DNA of 64,000 nt. Origin: Candidatus Doudnabacteria bacterium. Its GTDB lineage: Bacteria; Patescibacteriota; Doudnabacteria; UBA920. Made by a program: the position numbers and the translations under genes. Of the stretch, positions 26,695 to 36,864 are shown one piece after another. The first letter of the stretch is position 1. Each line of letters starts with the position of its first letter. The stretch is taken from contig JACRDK010000025.1 of NCBI GenBank assembly GCA_016218585.1, forward strand, positions 27,637 to 91,636, read 5' to 3'. The notes under the pieces are model-generated. The model was not told the origin of the DNA. It searched no databases and was given only the letters and a program-made list of their open reading frames with translations.

Positions 26695-27000
26695 ATGAAA
26701 AAATTTTTAATTTACTGGAGCATAATCCTATTGGCGCTTACCGGAGCCGACTATTGGATGTCATATTATGGATCCAAAGCCACTTCTCTTTTTCATGGGT
26801 GGTTTTCTTTTATGGTGTTTGGCATTGCAATTCTTTGCATTATGCTCCCATCACTCCTAATTGGTTTTATTCTTACACGTCCGAACAATTCCCAAAACCC
26901 GTCCGACTCTCAAAATTTTTCAAATACCACCAAAACAATTCTTGTAATAATTGTACTTTTAGCAGCGCTATTCATAACTCGCTCAATATTTTTTAGGTAA
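26695..27000 (+). CDS. Small three-TM hypothetical protein
   Basis: 101-aa ORF with the same layout as its upstream neighbour; terminator at 27038-27067. Confidence 0.7.
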   Translation: MKKFLIYWSIILLALTGADYWMSYYGSKATSLFHGWFSFMVFGIAILCIMLPSLLIGFILTRPNNSQNPSDSQNFSNTTKTILVIIVLLAALFITRSIFFR

Positions 27001-27230
27001 GCTTGCCTGTTAAGTCACCCTAACTAATGCAATAACAAAACACCCCTCACAAACTGGGGTGTTTTTTAAATATTACCTTAGCTATGGGGGCTAAGAAAAA
27101 CGTTTCAGATTTTCTGAATTTGGCAAAATTCTGCTAAAAATCTGGCTTAAATAAAAGTAATTTTTTTGCTTATTTTAAGAGTTAAAAAAGGTTTTTCCTC
27201 ATATTTAAGCCAAAATAAGGCAAAAAACCC

Positions 27231-27259
27231 TTGATTTTTTCCCCGATAAAGCGTATAAT
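27231..27259 (+). promoter_or_regulatory. Sigma70-type promoter
   Basis: TTGATT-N17-TATAAT. Confidence 0.65.
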
Positions 27260-27540
27260 GCTTCTACAGAGTGCAGTTTGGCACTTTTTTGTTTACCCCG
27301 TTAAATTTGAGTTAACCCTCTTATTTTCCAGGGTACACCCAATTTAATCAATGTTTATAGTCATATATTATGGTTATTTACAAAGATTTAACTGGGTGAA
27401 ATAAGCACTCTTAAAGGAAACTGCTTTTAGCAGCAACCTTACGACTGTCGTTCAAAAATTCGGACGGGTCCAACAGTCGAACCTTAACAATATTTCTTCC
27501 CGATTTATCGGGATGAGGAGAAAGGAGTTTGATTCTAAGA

Positions 27541-28242
27541 ATGAAAGCTCTTTCTACCTTGAGGTCTGCCATTAGCCAAAGCTCCAATTTCGGCATTATT
27601 GCTTTGGTTATGCTAATTCCGGTTATTATGCCGCATTTAGCATTAGCTGCCGAGCTTCAGACCGCGGGGCAAACAAAAGCTCAAATTTTTGAAATCAAAG
27701 TTTCTGACCCAAATTTAGTCATACAAACTTTAAAAACAAACGACAGCAATTCACTTACTATAGATTCCATTCAGGATAACGACCCATTAGTAGTTAAACT
27801 GAAAGCTTATTTGGAAAAAAATGATTCTCCGTTAGGCATTTACGCCGACCAGATTATTTTACAGCCACAATGGCAAAGAGCTTTAGCTATTAGCTATGTG
27901 GAAAGCCATATGGGCCGCGATTGTTTTGATAACAATTGTAGCGGTATCGGTGTGAAGCCCGGACATCCGTCTTGGCGCAAATACCAGACTAAACTTGATT
28001 GGTTCGTTGACTTAAACACTTTATTGGAAAAACCAATTTATAAAGAAAAATATACAACCTTCGCTAAAATGAAAGGGGTATATGTACAACCAGGTAGCGC
28101 AAATTGGGTAAATGGTGCTCAAAGAAAATACGATGAGCTTATGGCCATTACCGAACAAGCTGAGGCTGAAAGACAAGAATTAGCTCAAAAGCACGTAATT
28201 ACTGTTGCTTCCTTGTCTACTTTCTCTAGCGATGCTAACTAA
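27541..28242 (+). CDS. Secreted lysozyme-like / glucosaminidase-like protein
   Basis: Signal-like N-terminus, YL...SPL..Y, A.AI...ES..G......NNC.GIG and Y......W motifs; SD AAAGGAG. Confidence 0.6.
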   Translation: MKALSTLRSAISQSSNFGIIALVMLIPVIMPHLALAAELQTAGQTKAQIFEIKVSDPNLVIQTLKTNDSNSLTIDSIQDNDPLVVKLKAYLEKNDSPLGIYADQIILQPQWQRALAISYVESHMGRDCFDNNCSGIGVKPGHPSWRKYQTKLDWFVDLNTLLEKPIYKEKYTTFAKMKGVYVQPGSANWVNGAQRKYDELMAITEQAEAERQELAQKHVITVASLSTFSSDAN

Positions 28243-28284
28243 ACAAAACCCCTCCTTAAATGGAGGGGTTTTCGTTTGTATAAA

Positions 28285-28371
28285 TGGTGCCCGAGGAGGG
28301 AGTCGAACCCTCAATCCCGTAAGGGCGACTGATCTTAAGTCAGTAGCGTATGCCAGTTCCGCCACTCGGGC
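28285..28371 (-). tRNA. tRNA-Leu(TAA)
   Basis: GCCCGAGTGGCGGAACTGGCATACGCT-ACTGA-CTTAAGA-TCAGT, long variable arm, CCA end. Confidence 0.95.
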
Positions 28372-28431
28372 ACGTATTCAGTTTTTGCCCCTAACTTTTT
28401 TGGAGCTAAAAAATCCGCGTTTCGAATTTTC

Positions 28432-28506
28432 TGGAGGTGCAGATGGGAATCGAACCCATGCATTGCGGTTTTGCAGACCGCCGCGTTACCACTTCGCCAC
28501 TGCACC
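28432..28506 (-). tRNA. tRNA-Cys(GCA)
   Basis: GGTGCAG...GCGGT-CTGCAAA-ACCGC...CTGCACCTCCA. Confidence 0.95.
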
Positions 28507-28627
28507 ATAGCCATTATTTTAGTGGAAAACGCGACTAAAATCAAGGCTTAACCTGGCGGAAGTAAATTTATCTTCTTAAACGGATAAAAAACCACGCGTC
28601 GTTCTTTGTCTGCTGCAAACCCAAACA

Positions 28628-28643
28628 ACACTATATATTGTAA
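28628..28643. promoter_or_regulatory. NrdR-box-like site
   Basis: ACACTATATATTGTAA compared with consensus acaCwAtATaTwGtgt. Confidence 0.4.
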
Positions 28644-28694
28644 TGCAATTGCCTCTGGTTTGACAAACCATTTCCTTGGGTGTAAATTATGTTT

Positions 28695-28820
28695 ACAATT
28701 AATTTAGCTTAGGAGTTGGCAAGAATAAAAAACCAAAACTTTTTAAACCACAACGCAAGCAAGTCAACCCAATGGCTTAATTTACTGTAAACGGATTTCT
28801 TTGAGATCACGTTTTTTTTA
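28695..28820 (+). ncRNA. Candidate small RNA
   Basis: Promoter TTGACA(28660)-N17-TAAATT, no long ORF, ends in hairpin AAACGGATTTC-TTT-GAGATCACGTTT plus a T run. Confidence 0.35.
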
Positions 28821-28842
28821 TTCCTGTAAAATCAGTATTCCT

Positions 28843-28895
28843 TGTAGTTGCTCGATTTATCGAGCTGCAATGGCCTGATAAATCAGGCAACTACA
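28843..28895. repeat. GTAG-type REP doublet
   Basis: TGTAGTTGCTCGATTTATCGAGC...GCCTGATAAATCAGGCAACTACA; half copy at 40495-40516. Confidence 0.8.
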
Positions 28896-29006
28896 GCCAA
28901 GACAAATCTTGTTATTTGCCAAACCCTTGACAAATTTCTCAATTTCCAGTACAATATTATGTTTTGTGCGTAAAGAGCATTTTAATCAATCATAATTCTA
29001 AAGTAA

Positions 29007-30392
29007 ATGACCACAAAAACCGCCAGCAAAAAAAAGAATGGGTTCCGCAAATTTTGGCGCCTTGGCGCTGAAGAGCACAACACCCATAATTTTGACATTA
29101 GCCCCGACGGGGAACTGGTAGTCCGCGAAGGCAACTATCAATACAATATTTTTGATATTGTAAAAAAATACGGCACTTCCACGGAAATTGTTTTTCCTAC
29201 TATTATAGAAAACCGCGTGCGCGACTTAATTGAAACTTTTAATGCTTACATTAAAGTCTTGGGTTATCGCGGCCGCTTTTTCTATCACTACGCCATGAAG
29301 GTCAACCAAAATAAGGAATTTGTTTTGCCGGCCGTTGCCGAAGGCGCCAACCTGGAAGTCTCCAGCGCCAATGAACTTTTCCTGGTAAAACGGATGATTG
29401 AGCAGGATAAATTTAACGCAAAAATTCGGGTTATTTGTAATGGGCCGAAAACTGAAAAATATATTAGCCTGGTGGAAGAACTAAAGAGCAAGGGCTTGGT
29501 TGTTATTCCGATTATTGAAGACTATACCGAACTGGAACGCTTAAAAAAATTCAAAGGCGAAGTGGGTATTCGGGTAAACCTGAATATCAAAATCAACAGC
29601 CACTGGGATAAAAAGTTTAACCGTTTTGGTTTTACCGAAGAAGAAATTTTAAAAATCGGCAAAGTCCGCGGGCTTTCCGTTTTGCACTACCATATTTCCA
29701 GCCAGATTGAAAAAGTTGACGGACTGGTTAAGCCTTTAAAGCGCGCCATAGAACTTTACGCTGTTATGCGCGAAAAAAATCCAGGGTTAGACACCATAGA
29801 CATTGGCGGGGGAGCGGGCGTATCTTATGAAAAGAAAAAACATTTTTATACAGCCAAAAATTTAATCCAGCAGCTGATAAAAAATGCAAAAGCTTCCTGC
29901 GACAAACTTGGAGTAAAACATCCAGACATTATTGTGGAATGGGGACGCTATGTTGCAGCGCCGGCGCAAATTACCATTTATAAAATCTTGGCGGAAAAAA
30001 CCGTAGAGAACAAAGGCAAGAACAAATGGTATGTGGTCAACGGCAGCTTTATGAATGACCTTATAGACACCTGGGCCATTCACCAAAAATGGCACGTAAT
30101 CCCGGTTAACTCCATGAACACCAAGAAGCTGGAAAAAGTCTGGCTGGCGGGCAGTTCCTGCGATTCAGACGACAAGTACACGGCTGGCGGCGGCTACATT
30201 TTACTGCCAAGGCTTTCAGATAACGAAGAACTGTATATTGCCTTCTTAGACACCGGCGCCTACCAGGACTCTTTAGCCTCTCACCACTGTTTACTTTCTT
30301 CTCCGGCAAAACTTATTGCTCAAAATGGAGAAATAAAAGTTGCCCGCAAACGCGAAAGCTCGGAAGAAGTCGGAAAAATGTTTGGTTGGTAA
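29007..30392 (+). CDS. PLP-dependent basic amino acid decarboxylase (fold III, SpeA-like)
   Basis: YAMKVNQ (PLP Lys), CNG.K, DIGGG, EWGRY, SCDSD, TGAYQ; promoter TTGACA-N17-TACAAT at 28927-28955. Confidence 0.8.
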   Translation: MTTKTASKKKNGFRKFWRLGAEEHNTHNFDISPDGELVVREGNYQYNIFDIVKKYGTSTEIVFPTIIENRVRDLIETFNAYIKVLGYRGRFFYHYAMKVNQNKEFVLPAVAEGANLEVSSANELFLVKRMIEQDKFNAKIRVICNGPKTEKYISLVEELKSKGLVVIPIIEDYTELERLKKFKGEVGIRVNLNIKINSHWDKKFNRFGFTEEEILKIGKVRGLSVLHYHISSQIEKVDGLVKPLKRAIELYAVMREKNPGLDTIDIGGGAGVSYEKKKHFYTAKNLIQQLIKNAKASCDKLGVKHPDIIVEWGRYVAAPAQITIYKILAEKTVENKGKNKWYVVNGSFMNDLIDTWAIHQKWHVIPVNSMNTKKLEKVWLAGSSCDSDDKYTAGGGYILLPRLSDNEELYIAFLDTGAYQDSLASHHCLLSSPAKLIAQNGEIKVARKRESSEEVGKMFGW

Positions 30393-30545
30393 CAAATAGA
30401 TAAAAGATTTTAGATTATAGATAAAAAACCCTTCGCTTCGCGAAGGGTTTTTTTGGGGATAACTAATTCGCTTTTATTAAGGCCAGTAGTATAATAGAAT
30501 TATAAAAGGAATTTTAGTTTGCTATAACAAATCCTTTGAGAGGGG

Positions 30546-30776
30546 GTGAACAAAATGAAAGCTTTACATATGACAGCCTGGGTTTTAGTGGTTATTGGCG
30601 GTTTAAACTGGCTTCTAACCGCATTTCACTGGAACCTCGTTGAAAAAATCTTTGGCGTTGGCTCTACCATCACCATGATTATTTACATCCTTGTCGGACT
30701 ATCAGCGCTTTACGAATTATTCACCCACAAATCAACCTGCAAGATGTGTTCTTCCGGCAGCCAGCCGACAATGTAG
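30546..30776 (+). CDS. DUF378 family membrane protein
   Basis: LVVIGGLNW.L.....NLV..IFG.......IYILVGLSA. Confidence 0.9.
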   Translation: MNKMKALHMTAWVLVVIGGLNWLLTAFHWNLVEKIFGVGSTITMIIYILVGLSALYELFTHKSTCKMCSSGSQPTM

Positions 30777-30784
30777 TATAAATT

Positions 30785-30826
30785 AAAATAACCCGCCCCG
30801 ACAAAATCGGGACGGGTTATTTTTTT
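30785..30826. terminator. Bidirectional terminator with a CCCGA..TCGGG core
   Basis: AAAATAACCCGCCCCGACAAAATCGGGACGGGTTATTTT. Confidence 0.8.
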
Positions 30827-30827
30827 G

Positions 30828-32003
30828 TTATTTAGACTCTGTTTCAGCTGGCGCTTCTTCTTTTTTTTCTTCTTTTTTCGGAGCTTCAGTTAAAGCTTTA
30901 AGCGACAGGCCTAAGCGATGTTCGGCCGGTTCAATAGAAATAATTTTGAATTCTTTCTCTTCACCGGGCTTAAGAATTTCTTCCGGATTCTTAATGGCTT
31001 CGTGGGACAATTCCATTACGTGGGCCAATCCTTGAATATCTTTATCTAATTCCACAAATACGCCAAATGGCATAATTTTTATAACTTTGCCTGTGACAGC
31101 CTGGCCGATTTGGTATTTCTTTACCGCTTCCAACCAAGGATCTTCCTGCAATTGTTTTATAGACAACGACACGCGGCCTTTGTCGATGGAAATTACTTTG
31201 GCCTGAACCTTCTGCCCGACTTTTACAATGTCTTTCGGGTTATCAATTCTCTGCCAAGCCAATTCGGAAATGTGGACCAAACCTTCTAATTCGCCAAATT
31301 TCACAAAAGCTCCAAAATCTACCACGCCGGTAATTAAGCCTTCCACCACCATACCGATCTTAAGTTGAGACAATTTGCTTTCCATCTCTTTTTCAAAGAC
31401 GGCTTTTTCGCTGACAATCAATTTTTCTTCATCGCTGTCGGCGGTAATAATTTGAACATCAAACATTTGTCCGACATAGGACTGCAAAACGGAAAGAATG
31501 CGGTTCTTGTCGCCATCTTCCACGCGGGGATAGTGTTCTAAGGACAACTGAGATACCGGCAAGAAACCGGTAACATTGTTAATCTCTACCATAAGCCCGC
31601 CTTTGTTAGCTTCCAAAATTTTGGTGCGAACCAATTCGCGGCTTTCCATTTTTTCACGCAAAGTCTGCCATACTCTTTCCTGGCCGGCCTGGCGCAAAGA
31701 CAATTCAACAATGCCTTCCTTGTTTTCCGGTTCCACTACGGAGACAAAAATTTTGTCGCCCGGCTTTAAGGAAGCCAAGGTGGCTTCGTCGTCGTACAAT
31801 TCGCGTCCGCGAACTACGCCTACGCCGTAGCCTTCCAAATCTACATAAACTTCATTCTTTCCCACGGAAATAAGCGAGCCTTCGACCATATCGCCTGGCT
31901 TTAACACTTTAATTTCCACCCCGCTGGAGAGCAGGTCAGCCATAGTTTGAGCTTTGGCTGCGGCAGCCGGGATTACGGCTGCGGCTTGAGTTTCTTCTGA
32001 CAT
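30828..32003 (-). CDS. rpsA: 30S ribosomal protein S1 (four S1 domains)
   Basis: S1 repeats: GGL.V....GFLPVSQL, FGAFV..G..EGLVHISEL.W, FGVFVEL...I.GL.H..EL. Confidence 0.92.
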   Translation of the reverse strand: MSEETQAAAVIPAAAAKAQTMADLLSSGVEIKVLKPGDMVEGSLISVGKNEVYVDLEGYGVGVVRGRELYDDEATLASLKPGDKIFVSVVEPENKEGIVELSLRQAGQERVWQTLREKMESRELVRTKILEANKGGLMVEINNVTGFLPVSQLSLEHYPRVEDGDKNRILSVLQSYVGQMFDVQIITADSDEEKLIVSEKAVFEKEMESKLSQLKIGMVVEGLITGVVDFGAFVKFGELEGLVHISELAWQRIDNPKDIVKVGQKVQAKVISIDKGRVSLSIKQLQEDPWLEAVKKYQIGQAVTGKVIKIMPFGVFVELDKDIQGLAHVMELSHEAIKNPEEILKPGEEKEFKIISIEPAEHRLGLSLKALTEAPKKEEKKEEAPAETESK

Positions 32004-32273
32004 AAATAATTCCTATTGACCAAAATTAAATAAATTCGTTGTTAATTGGGCAAAATTGCTCTGAGACAAAATAAAACAACGGCTAATCGTTGTCCAATTA
32101 AAAACCTTATTGCATTTGGTTAATTGTTAAAACGCTCTTCTAAATAAACTTATTTGGGGATTAATATTTTTTAACTTAGAGCGTTGCGCCAAATAAGTAA
32201 ACGCATTATAGCATTTACAAACCCTCTTGGCAAGTCTTTAAAAAGTTTCTATGATAGTTACGAAGGGGGATAG

Positions 32274-32534
32274 ATGAGCGAAAAAAATATCCGTTGCGCG
32301 TTAATTAGACCAGGGGCAAAAGAAGCCTGCGGCGGGGAAGTGATCCCTTGCGCAGGTTTTCCTGAACCATGGCAGTCAGGACACATAACCTGGTTTAGGT
32401 TGTACGGACTAACCAACTACCAAGCTGCCAAAGCCAACCCTGACAAGGCAATTTGTCTGCAATGCGGAGAAGTTCAGACCCTTCCTGGAGCTGAAAATAT
32501 CCCGCCTGAGTGGACTGATACCTGCCCGATTTAA
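32274..32534 (+). CDS. Small Cys-rich hypothetical protein
   Basis: 86 aa with 6 Cys including CLQCG; G-rich SD; own promoter-like TATGAT and a downstream hairpin at 32555-32584. Confidence 0.55.
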   Translation: MSEKNIRCALIRPGAKEACGGEVIPCAGFPEPWQSGHITWFRLYGLTNYQAAKANPDKAICLQCGEVQTLPGAENIPPEWTDTCPI

Positions 32535-32708
32535 AGGGCGACGAAGACCATGCTAAGCCTTGGACCCATGTTGTTCCAAGGCTTCACTTTTTGCCTAAAA
32601 AAGTATATAATTTAACTACAAAATCGCAAAAATTCACTACAGATACCTACAGAAATTGTCTGTAGGCATCTGTAGATTAGTATTAATTATTAGTAATTCT
32701 GTAGACCT

Positions 32709-33335
32709 ATGCAAATTCAGTATTTTGGCCTTTCTTCATTCAAAATTAGCACTAAGGAAGCCGTAGTAATTACCGACCCGTTCCATAAAGACTCCGGTCT
32801 AACCCCGCCGAGAGGAGCTGCCGATATTTTAATTCTCTCCCAAAAAAACAAAAGCCTTTATTCGGCAATTTCCGGCATTTCCGGAGAGCACTTCGACATA
32901 ACCGATCCAGGCGAATACGACGTTAAAGGGGTTACCGTTACCGGCATTCCTTTAAAACAGGAAGATAAATATGTCACGATTTATTTAATTGAGAGCGAAG
33001 AAATTAGAATTCTAAATCTTTCGCATATAAAAGAATTCAACTTAAAAGAAGACGAGCTAGAAGAGCTTGGCGATATAGATATTTTAATTTTGCCTGTTGG
33101 CGGCAACACAGTAATGTCCGCCTCTACTGCGAGCAAGGTCGTTAACGAAATTGAGCCAAAAATTGTTATCCCTTCCCACTACAAAATGGGGGATTTAATT
33201 TTAGATTTGGATTCGGTAGAAAAATTTGTAAAAGAAATGGGCGGTAAAAAAGAAGAGATGGATAAGCTAACCGTAAAAAAGAAGGATCTGCAGGAAGAGG
33301 GGACAAAACTCATTGTGTTAGAACCGCTAAGGTAA
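32709..33335 (+). CDS. MBL-fold hydrolase-like protein (Lactamase_B_3)
   Basis: I.YFG.S.F.I, TDPF, PGEY.V.G, IDILILPVGG, IEPKIVIPSHY; the HxHxDH motif is degenerate. Confidence 0.8.
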   Translation: MQIQYFGLSSFKISTKEAVVITDPFHKDSGLTPPRGAADILILSQKNKSLYSAISGISGEHFDITDPGEYDVKGVTVTGIPLKQEDKYVTIYLIESEEIRILNLSHIKEFNLKEDELEELGDIDILILPVGGNTVMSASTASKVVNEIEPKIVIPSHYKMGDLILDLDSVEKFVKEMGGKKEEMDKLTVKKKDLQEEGTKLIVLEPLR

Positions 33336-33403
33336 TTAAGGCTTGGTGATTGAGGTTAAATTTTAATCTTTCAATCATCTAATCTTTAAATTTTAAAATT
33401 ATT

Positions 33404-33607
33404 ATGTCCTGGATTCAAAACATACAAAATAAAACTCAGGCGGAAAAGCTGCGGATTATTTGGGCGGTGGCGATTGTGGTAGGAATTTTGTTAATCGCGG
33501 TTTGGGTTATTAGCTACCGTATGCATAAAAATGCCCCTGCCGATACCACCCTGTTTCAAACCATTGGCCGCGGCTTTAAAGATGTAAAAGATAATTTTAA
33601 AAAATGA
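33404..33607 (+). CDS. Small single-TM hypothetical protein
   Basis: 67 aa with one TM helix. Confidence 0.65.
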   Translation: MSWIQNIQNKTQAEKLRIIWAVAIVVGILLIAVWVISYRMHKNAPADTTLFQTIGRGFKDVKDNFKK

Positions 33608-34245
33608 ACCCGAGAAAACCACACGAATTAAGCCCTGAGTTAAAACAAAATTTTTTAACAAAAGAATATCTTACAAATTTTGTTAAAGAAGACAATGGGG
33701 AGAAAGCCAAGATTTTTTTAAACCGTTTGGATAAAATATCCGACTGGCTTAATAAATCAAAAAATTCTTTTACGGAATACATGATTGCAAAAAAAGAATG
33801 GGAGAGGTGGAAGAAAGAAGGGATGGCAACCAGAAAACCGCAAGCCGAAGAACTAACACAACTCAACTTGGACATTCACCCGGAATTTAGTAAGGCCAGG
33901 CAGGACTACAAAGAAAAAAAAGCCGCTTACTACCAAACCATAAGAGATGCCAGATTAAGAAAAAACTCAAAAAGCGGAATAGGCTTACAACACGACGAAA
34001 GATTAAAATTAATTAAACAGATAAATGAGTTTGCGGAAAACCTAAACATCCAAGCACCGAATTTTGAAAATCTTTTTTTGCCCGATGAATCAATAACGGT
34101 AACGGAAGAAGATATAAATAACCCGGACAAAGAAATTAATTACCCATTCTTAGAATATTTTTTTACAATAAACGAAATTCGAACAATAATTGGAAATCAA
34201 CTCAGAAGTTTTAAACTAGAACAAAACAAGAATTTACCATTATAA
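33604..34245 (+). CDS. Hypothetical helical protein
   Basis: 213-aa charged ORF; overlaps the upstream ORF by 4 nt and abuts gyrA. Confidence 0.65.
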   Translation: MNPRKPHELSPELKQNFLTKEYLTNFVKEDNGEKAKIFLNRLDKISDWLNKSKNSFTEYMIAKKEWERWKKEGMATRKPQAEELTQLNLDIHPEFSKARQDYKEKKAAYYQTIRDARLRKNSKSGIGLQHDERLKLIKQINEFAENLNIQAPNFENLFLPDESITVTEEDINNPDKEINYPFLEYFFTINEIRTIIGNQLRSFKLEQNKNLPL

Positions 34246-34249
34246 ACTT

Positions 34250-36715
34250 ATGCCAAAAGATTCAAAAGCAGAACTTAGCAACGATATAGGCACAATCAAA
34301 GCGCGCGACATTCAAACCGAAATGCAAGAGTCATATTTAGACTATGCTATGTCGGTAATTGTTGCCCGCGCCTTGCCAGATGTGCGCGACGGACTCAAGC
34401 CGGTACATCGCAGAATTTTATATGTAATGCACGAATTAGGCCTGCGCCACAACGTTAAATTCCGCAAATCCGCGGCTGTAGTCGGTGATGTGCTTGGTAA
34501 GTACCACCCGCACGGCGACGTGGCTGTTTATGACTCTATGGTGCATATGGCGCAACTGTTTGCCATGCGTTACCCGCTAATCGACGGGCAGGGAAACTTT
34601 GGTTCTATGGATGGCGATGGCGCGGCTGCTATGCGTTATACTGAAGCCAGAATGTCGGCCTTGGCTGAGGAGCTATTAACGGATTTAGACAAAGAAACTG
34701 TTGACTGGAGAGACAACTATGATGCTACCAGAAAAGAGCCTGTTGTCTTGCCCGGCAAACTTCCTAATTTGCTGCTTAACGGCACTCTTGGCATTGCCGT
34801 TGGTATGGCCACAGACATCCCGCCGCACAATTTAAACGAAATTAGCGATGCAATTATAAAGCTAATTGAAGACCCGGAAGCCACCACGGAAGACTTAATG
34901 GAATTTGTTAAAGGCCCGGATTTTCCAACCGGCGGAATTATTTATGATGTTGCTGCCATAAAAAACGCCTACGCTACCGGCAAGGGTGGAATTGTTATGC
35001 GCGCCAAAACCGAAATTACCGAAAGCAAAACCGGAGCTTTCCAAATTTTAGTCCACGAAATTCCTTACCGCGTTAACAAAGCTACTTTGCTGGAAAAAAT
35101 TGCCGAACTGGTTCGCGACAAAAAAATTGAAGGCATTAGAGACGTACGCGACGAATCCGACAAAGACGGCGTGCGTATTGTGGTGGACTTAAAAAAAGAC
35201 GGTTTGCCAAACAAAATTTTAAACCAACTTTTTTCCTACACGCAATTGCAGGAAACTTTCCATTTGAATATGCTGGCTTTAGTGGATGGTATTGAACCGC
35301 ACGTTTTAAACTTGAAAACCGTTTTAGAAAAATATTTGGAGCACCGCCAAATTGTGGTTAAGCGCCGCACGGCTTATGAACTAAAAAAAGCCAAAGAACG
35401 CGAACATATTTTGGAAGGGTTAAAGAAAGCTTTGGACCATATTGACGAGGTTATTAATACCATTAGAAAATCACCGACCAAAGAAGAAGCCAAAGTTAAC
35501 TTAATTAAAAAGTTCAAGCTCACCGACATTCAGGCCGATGCCATATTGGAAATGCGCTTGCAAACCTTGGCCGGTTTGGAACGCAAAAAGATTGACGACG
35601 AATTAAAAGAAAAGAAAGCGTTAATTGCGGAACTGGAAGGCATCTTGCATTCCAACAAAAAAATCCTGGGGATTATTAAAAAAGAAGTTCAGGAAATGAA
35701 AGATAAGTACGGCGACGACCGCCGCACTGCGGTAGTAAAAAATGCCATTGGCACTTTCTCCGCCGAAGACCTTATTCCGGAAAGCAATGTAATTATTACC
35801 ATTACCAAATCCGGCTACGTAAAACGTTTAGCTCCCGACACCTACAAAACCCAAAGCCGCGGCGGCAAAGGTGTTATTGGCCAGACTTTAAAAGAGGAAG
35901 ATGTTGTCGACAAATTAATTTCCTCCAACACTCACGACGACATTTTGTTCTTTACCAACAAAGGCCGCGTTTTCCAAACCAAAGTTTACGAACTGCCGGA
36001 AGGCAGCCGCACCAGCCGCGGACAGGCCCTGGTAAACTTCCTGCAATTACAAAACAATGAAATTGCCCAGGCAGTCTTAACCTTCTCTAAAAAAGACACT
36101 TCCAAATTCCTGGTAATGTCCACCAAGAATGGTTTAATAAAAAAAGTTTCCCGCGACGAATTTGCCAAAGTAAGGCGAAGCGGCATGATAGCCATTTCGC
36201 TCAAAGGCGACGACGAATTAATGTGGGTAGAAACCTCCGCCGGCGATGACCAAATAATGCTCTCCACCGAAAACGGGCAGGCCATCCGCTTTAATGAAAA
36301 AGATGTTCGCCCAATGGGACGCAATGCCAGCGGCGTTACCGGTATGCGCATAAAGAAGGACGACCATATTATTTCTATGGACATTATCCGCAAAGATATA
36401 AACGTGAAAGATTTGGAAGTGTTGGTGGTTACCGAAAATGGTTTAGGCAAAAAAACCGAGGCCGCTTACTATAAAATACAAAAGCGCGGCGGCAGCGGCA
36501 TTAAGACGTTGAAAGTCACGCCCAAAACCGGAAAAATTGTGGCAATGTATATTCTCAACAATTCCGAAGAACACGACCTGGTTATTATCTCCAAGTCCGG
36601 ACAGACTATTCGCACTCCGCTTAATGCCATTTCCACGCTTGGACGCGCCACACAAGGCGTCCGCGTTATGCGCCTGGAAGAAGGGGACAAAGTCGCCTCA
36701 GCAACAATTATCTAG
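34250..36715 (+). CDS. gyrA: DNA gyrase subunit A
   Basis: [41 protein letters not shown], GyrA box QSRGGKG. Confidence 0.98.
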   Translation: MPKDSKAELSNDIGTIKARDIQTEMQESYLDYAMSVIVARALPDVRDGLKPVHRRILYVMHELGLRHNVKFRKSAAVVGDVLGKYHPHGDVAVYDSMVHMAQLFAMRYPLIDGQGNFGSMDGDGAAAMRYTEARMSALAEELLTDLDKETVDWRDNYDATRKEPVVLPGKLPNLLLNGTLGIAVGMATDIPPHNLNEISDAIIKLIEDPEATTEDLMEFVKGPDFPTGGIIYDVAAIKNAYATGKGGIVMRAKTEITESKTGAFQILVHEIPYRVNKATLLEKIAELVRDKKIEGIRDVRDESDKDGVRIVVDLKKDGLPNKILNQLFSYTQLQETFHLNMLALVDGIEPHVLNLKTVLEKYLEHRQIVVKRRTAYELKKAKEREHILEGLKKALDHIDEVINTIRKSPTKEEAKVNLIKKFKLTDIQADAILEMRLQTLAGLERKKIDDELKEKKALIAELEGILHSNKKILGIIKKEVQEMKDKYGDDRRTAVVKNAIGTFSAEDLIPESNVIITITKSGYVKRLAPDTYKTQSRGGKGVIGQTLKEEDVVDKLISSNTHDDILFFTNKGRVFQTKVYELPEGSRTSRGQALVNFLQLQNNEIAQAVLTFSKKDTSKFLVMSTKNGLIKKVSRDEFAKVRRSGMIAISLKGDDELMWVETSAGDDQIMLSTENGQAIRFNEKDVRPMGRNASGVTGMRIKKDDHIISMDIIRKDINVKDLEVLVVTENGLGKKTEAAYYKIQKRGGSGIKTLKVTPKTGKIVAMYILNNSEEHDLVIISKSGQTIRTPLNAISTLGRATQGVRVMRLEEGDKVASATII

Positions 36716-36864
36716 ATATTCAAATGCTTTTAAATAAAATAAAGTCCATCTGGTCTTCCTTTGCCAAAAACTTTCGGGCCTGACCCGAAAGGGGAGTTTT
36801 TGAAATACAAAACTTCGAGGCCTGCCCTTTCGGACAGGTCTTTTTTGTTTGGCAAGGAGGTAAA

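Noticed and set aside
28549-28671. 40-codon minus-strand ORF (MVCQTRGNC...)
   Set aside because: It overlaps the opposite-strand promoter and has no recognisable motif; support is insufficient.
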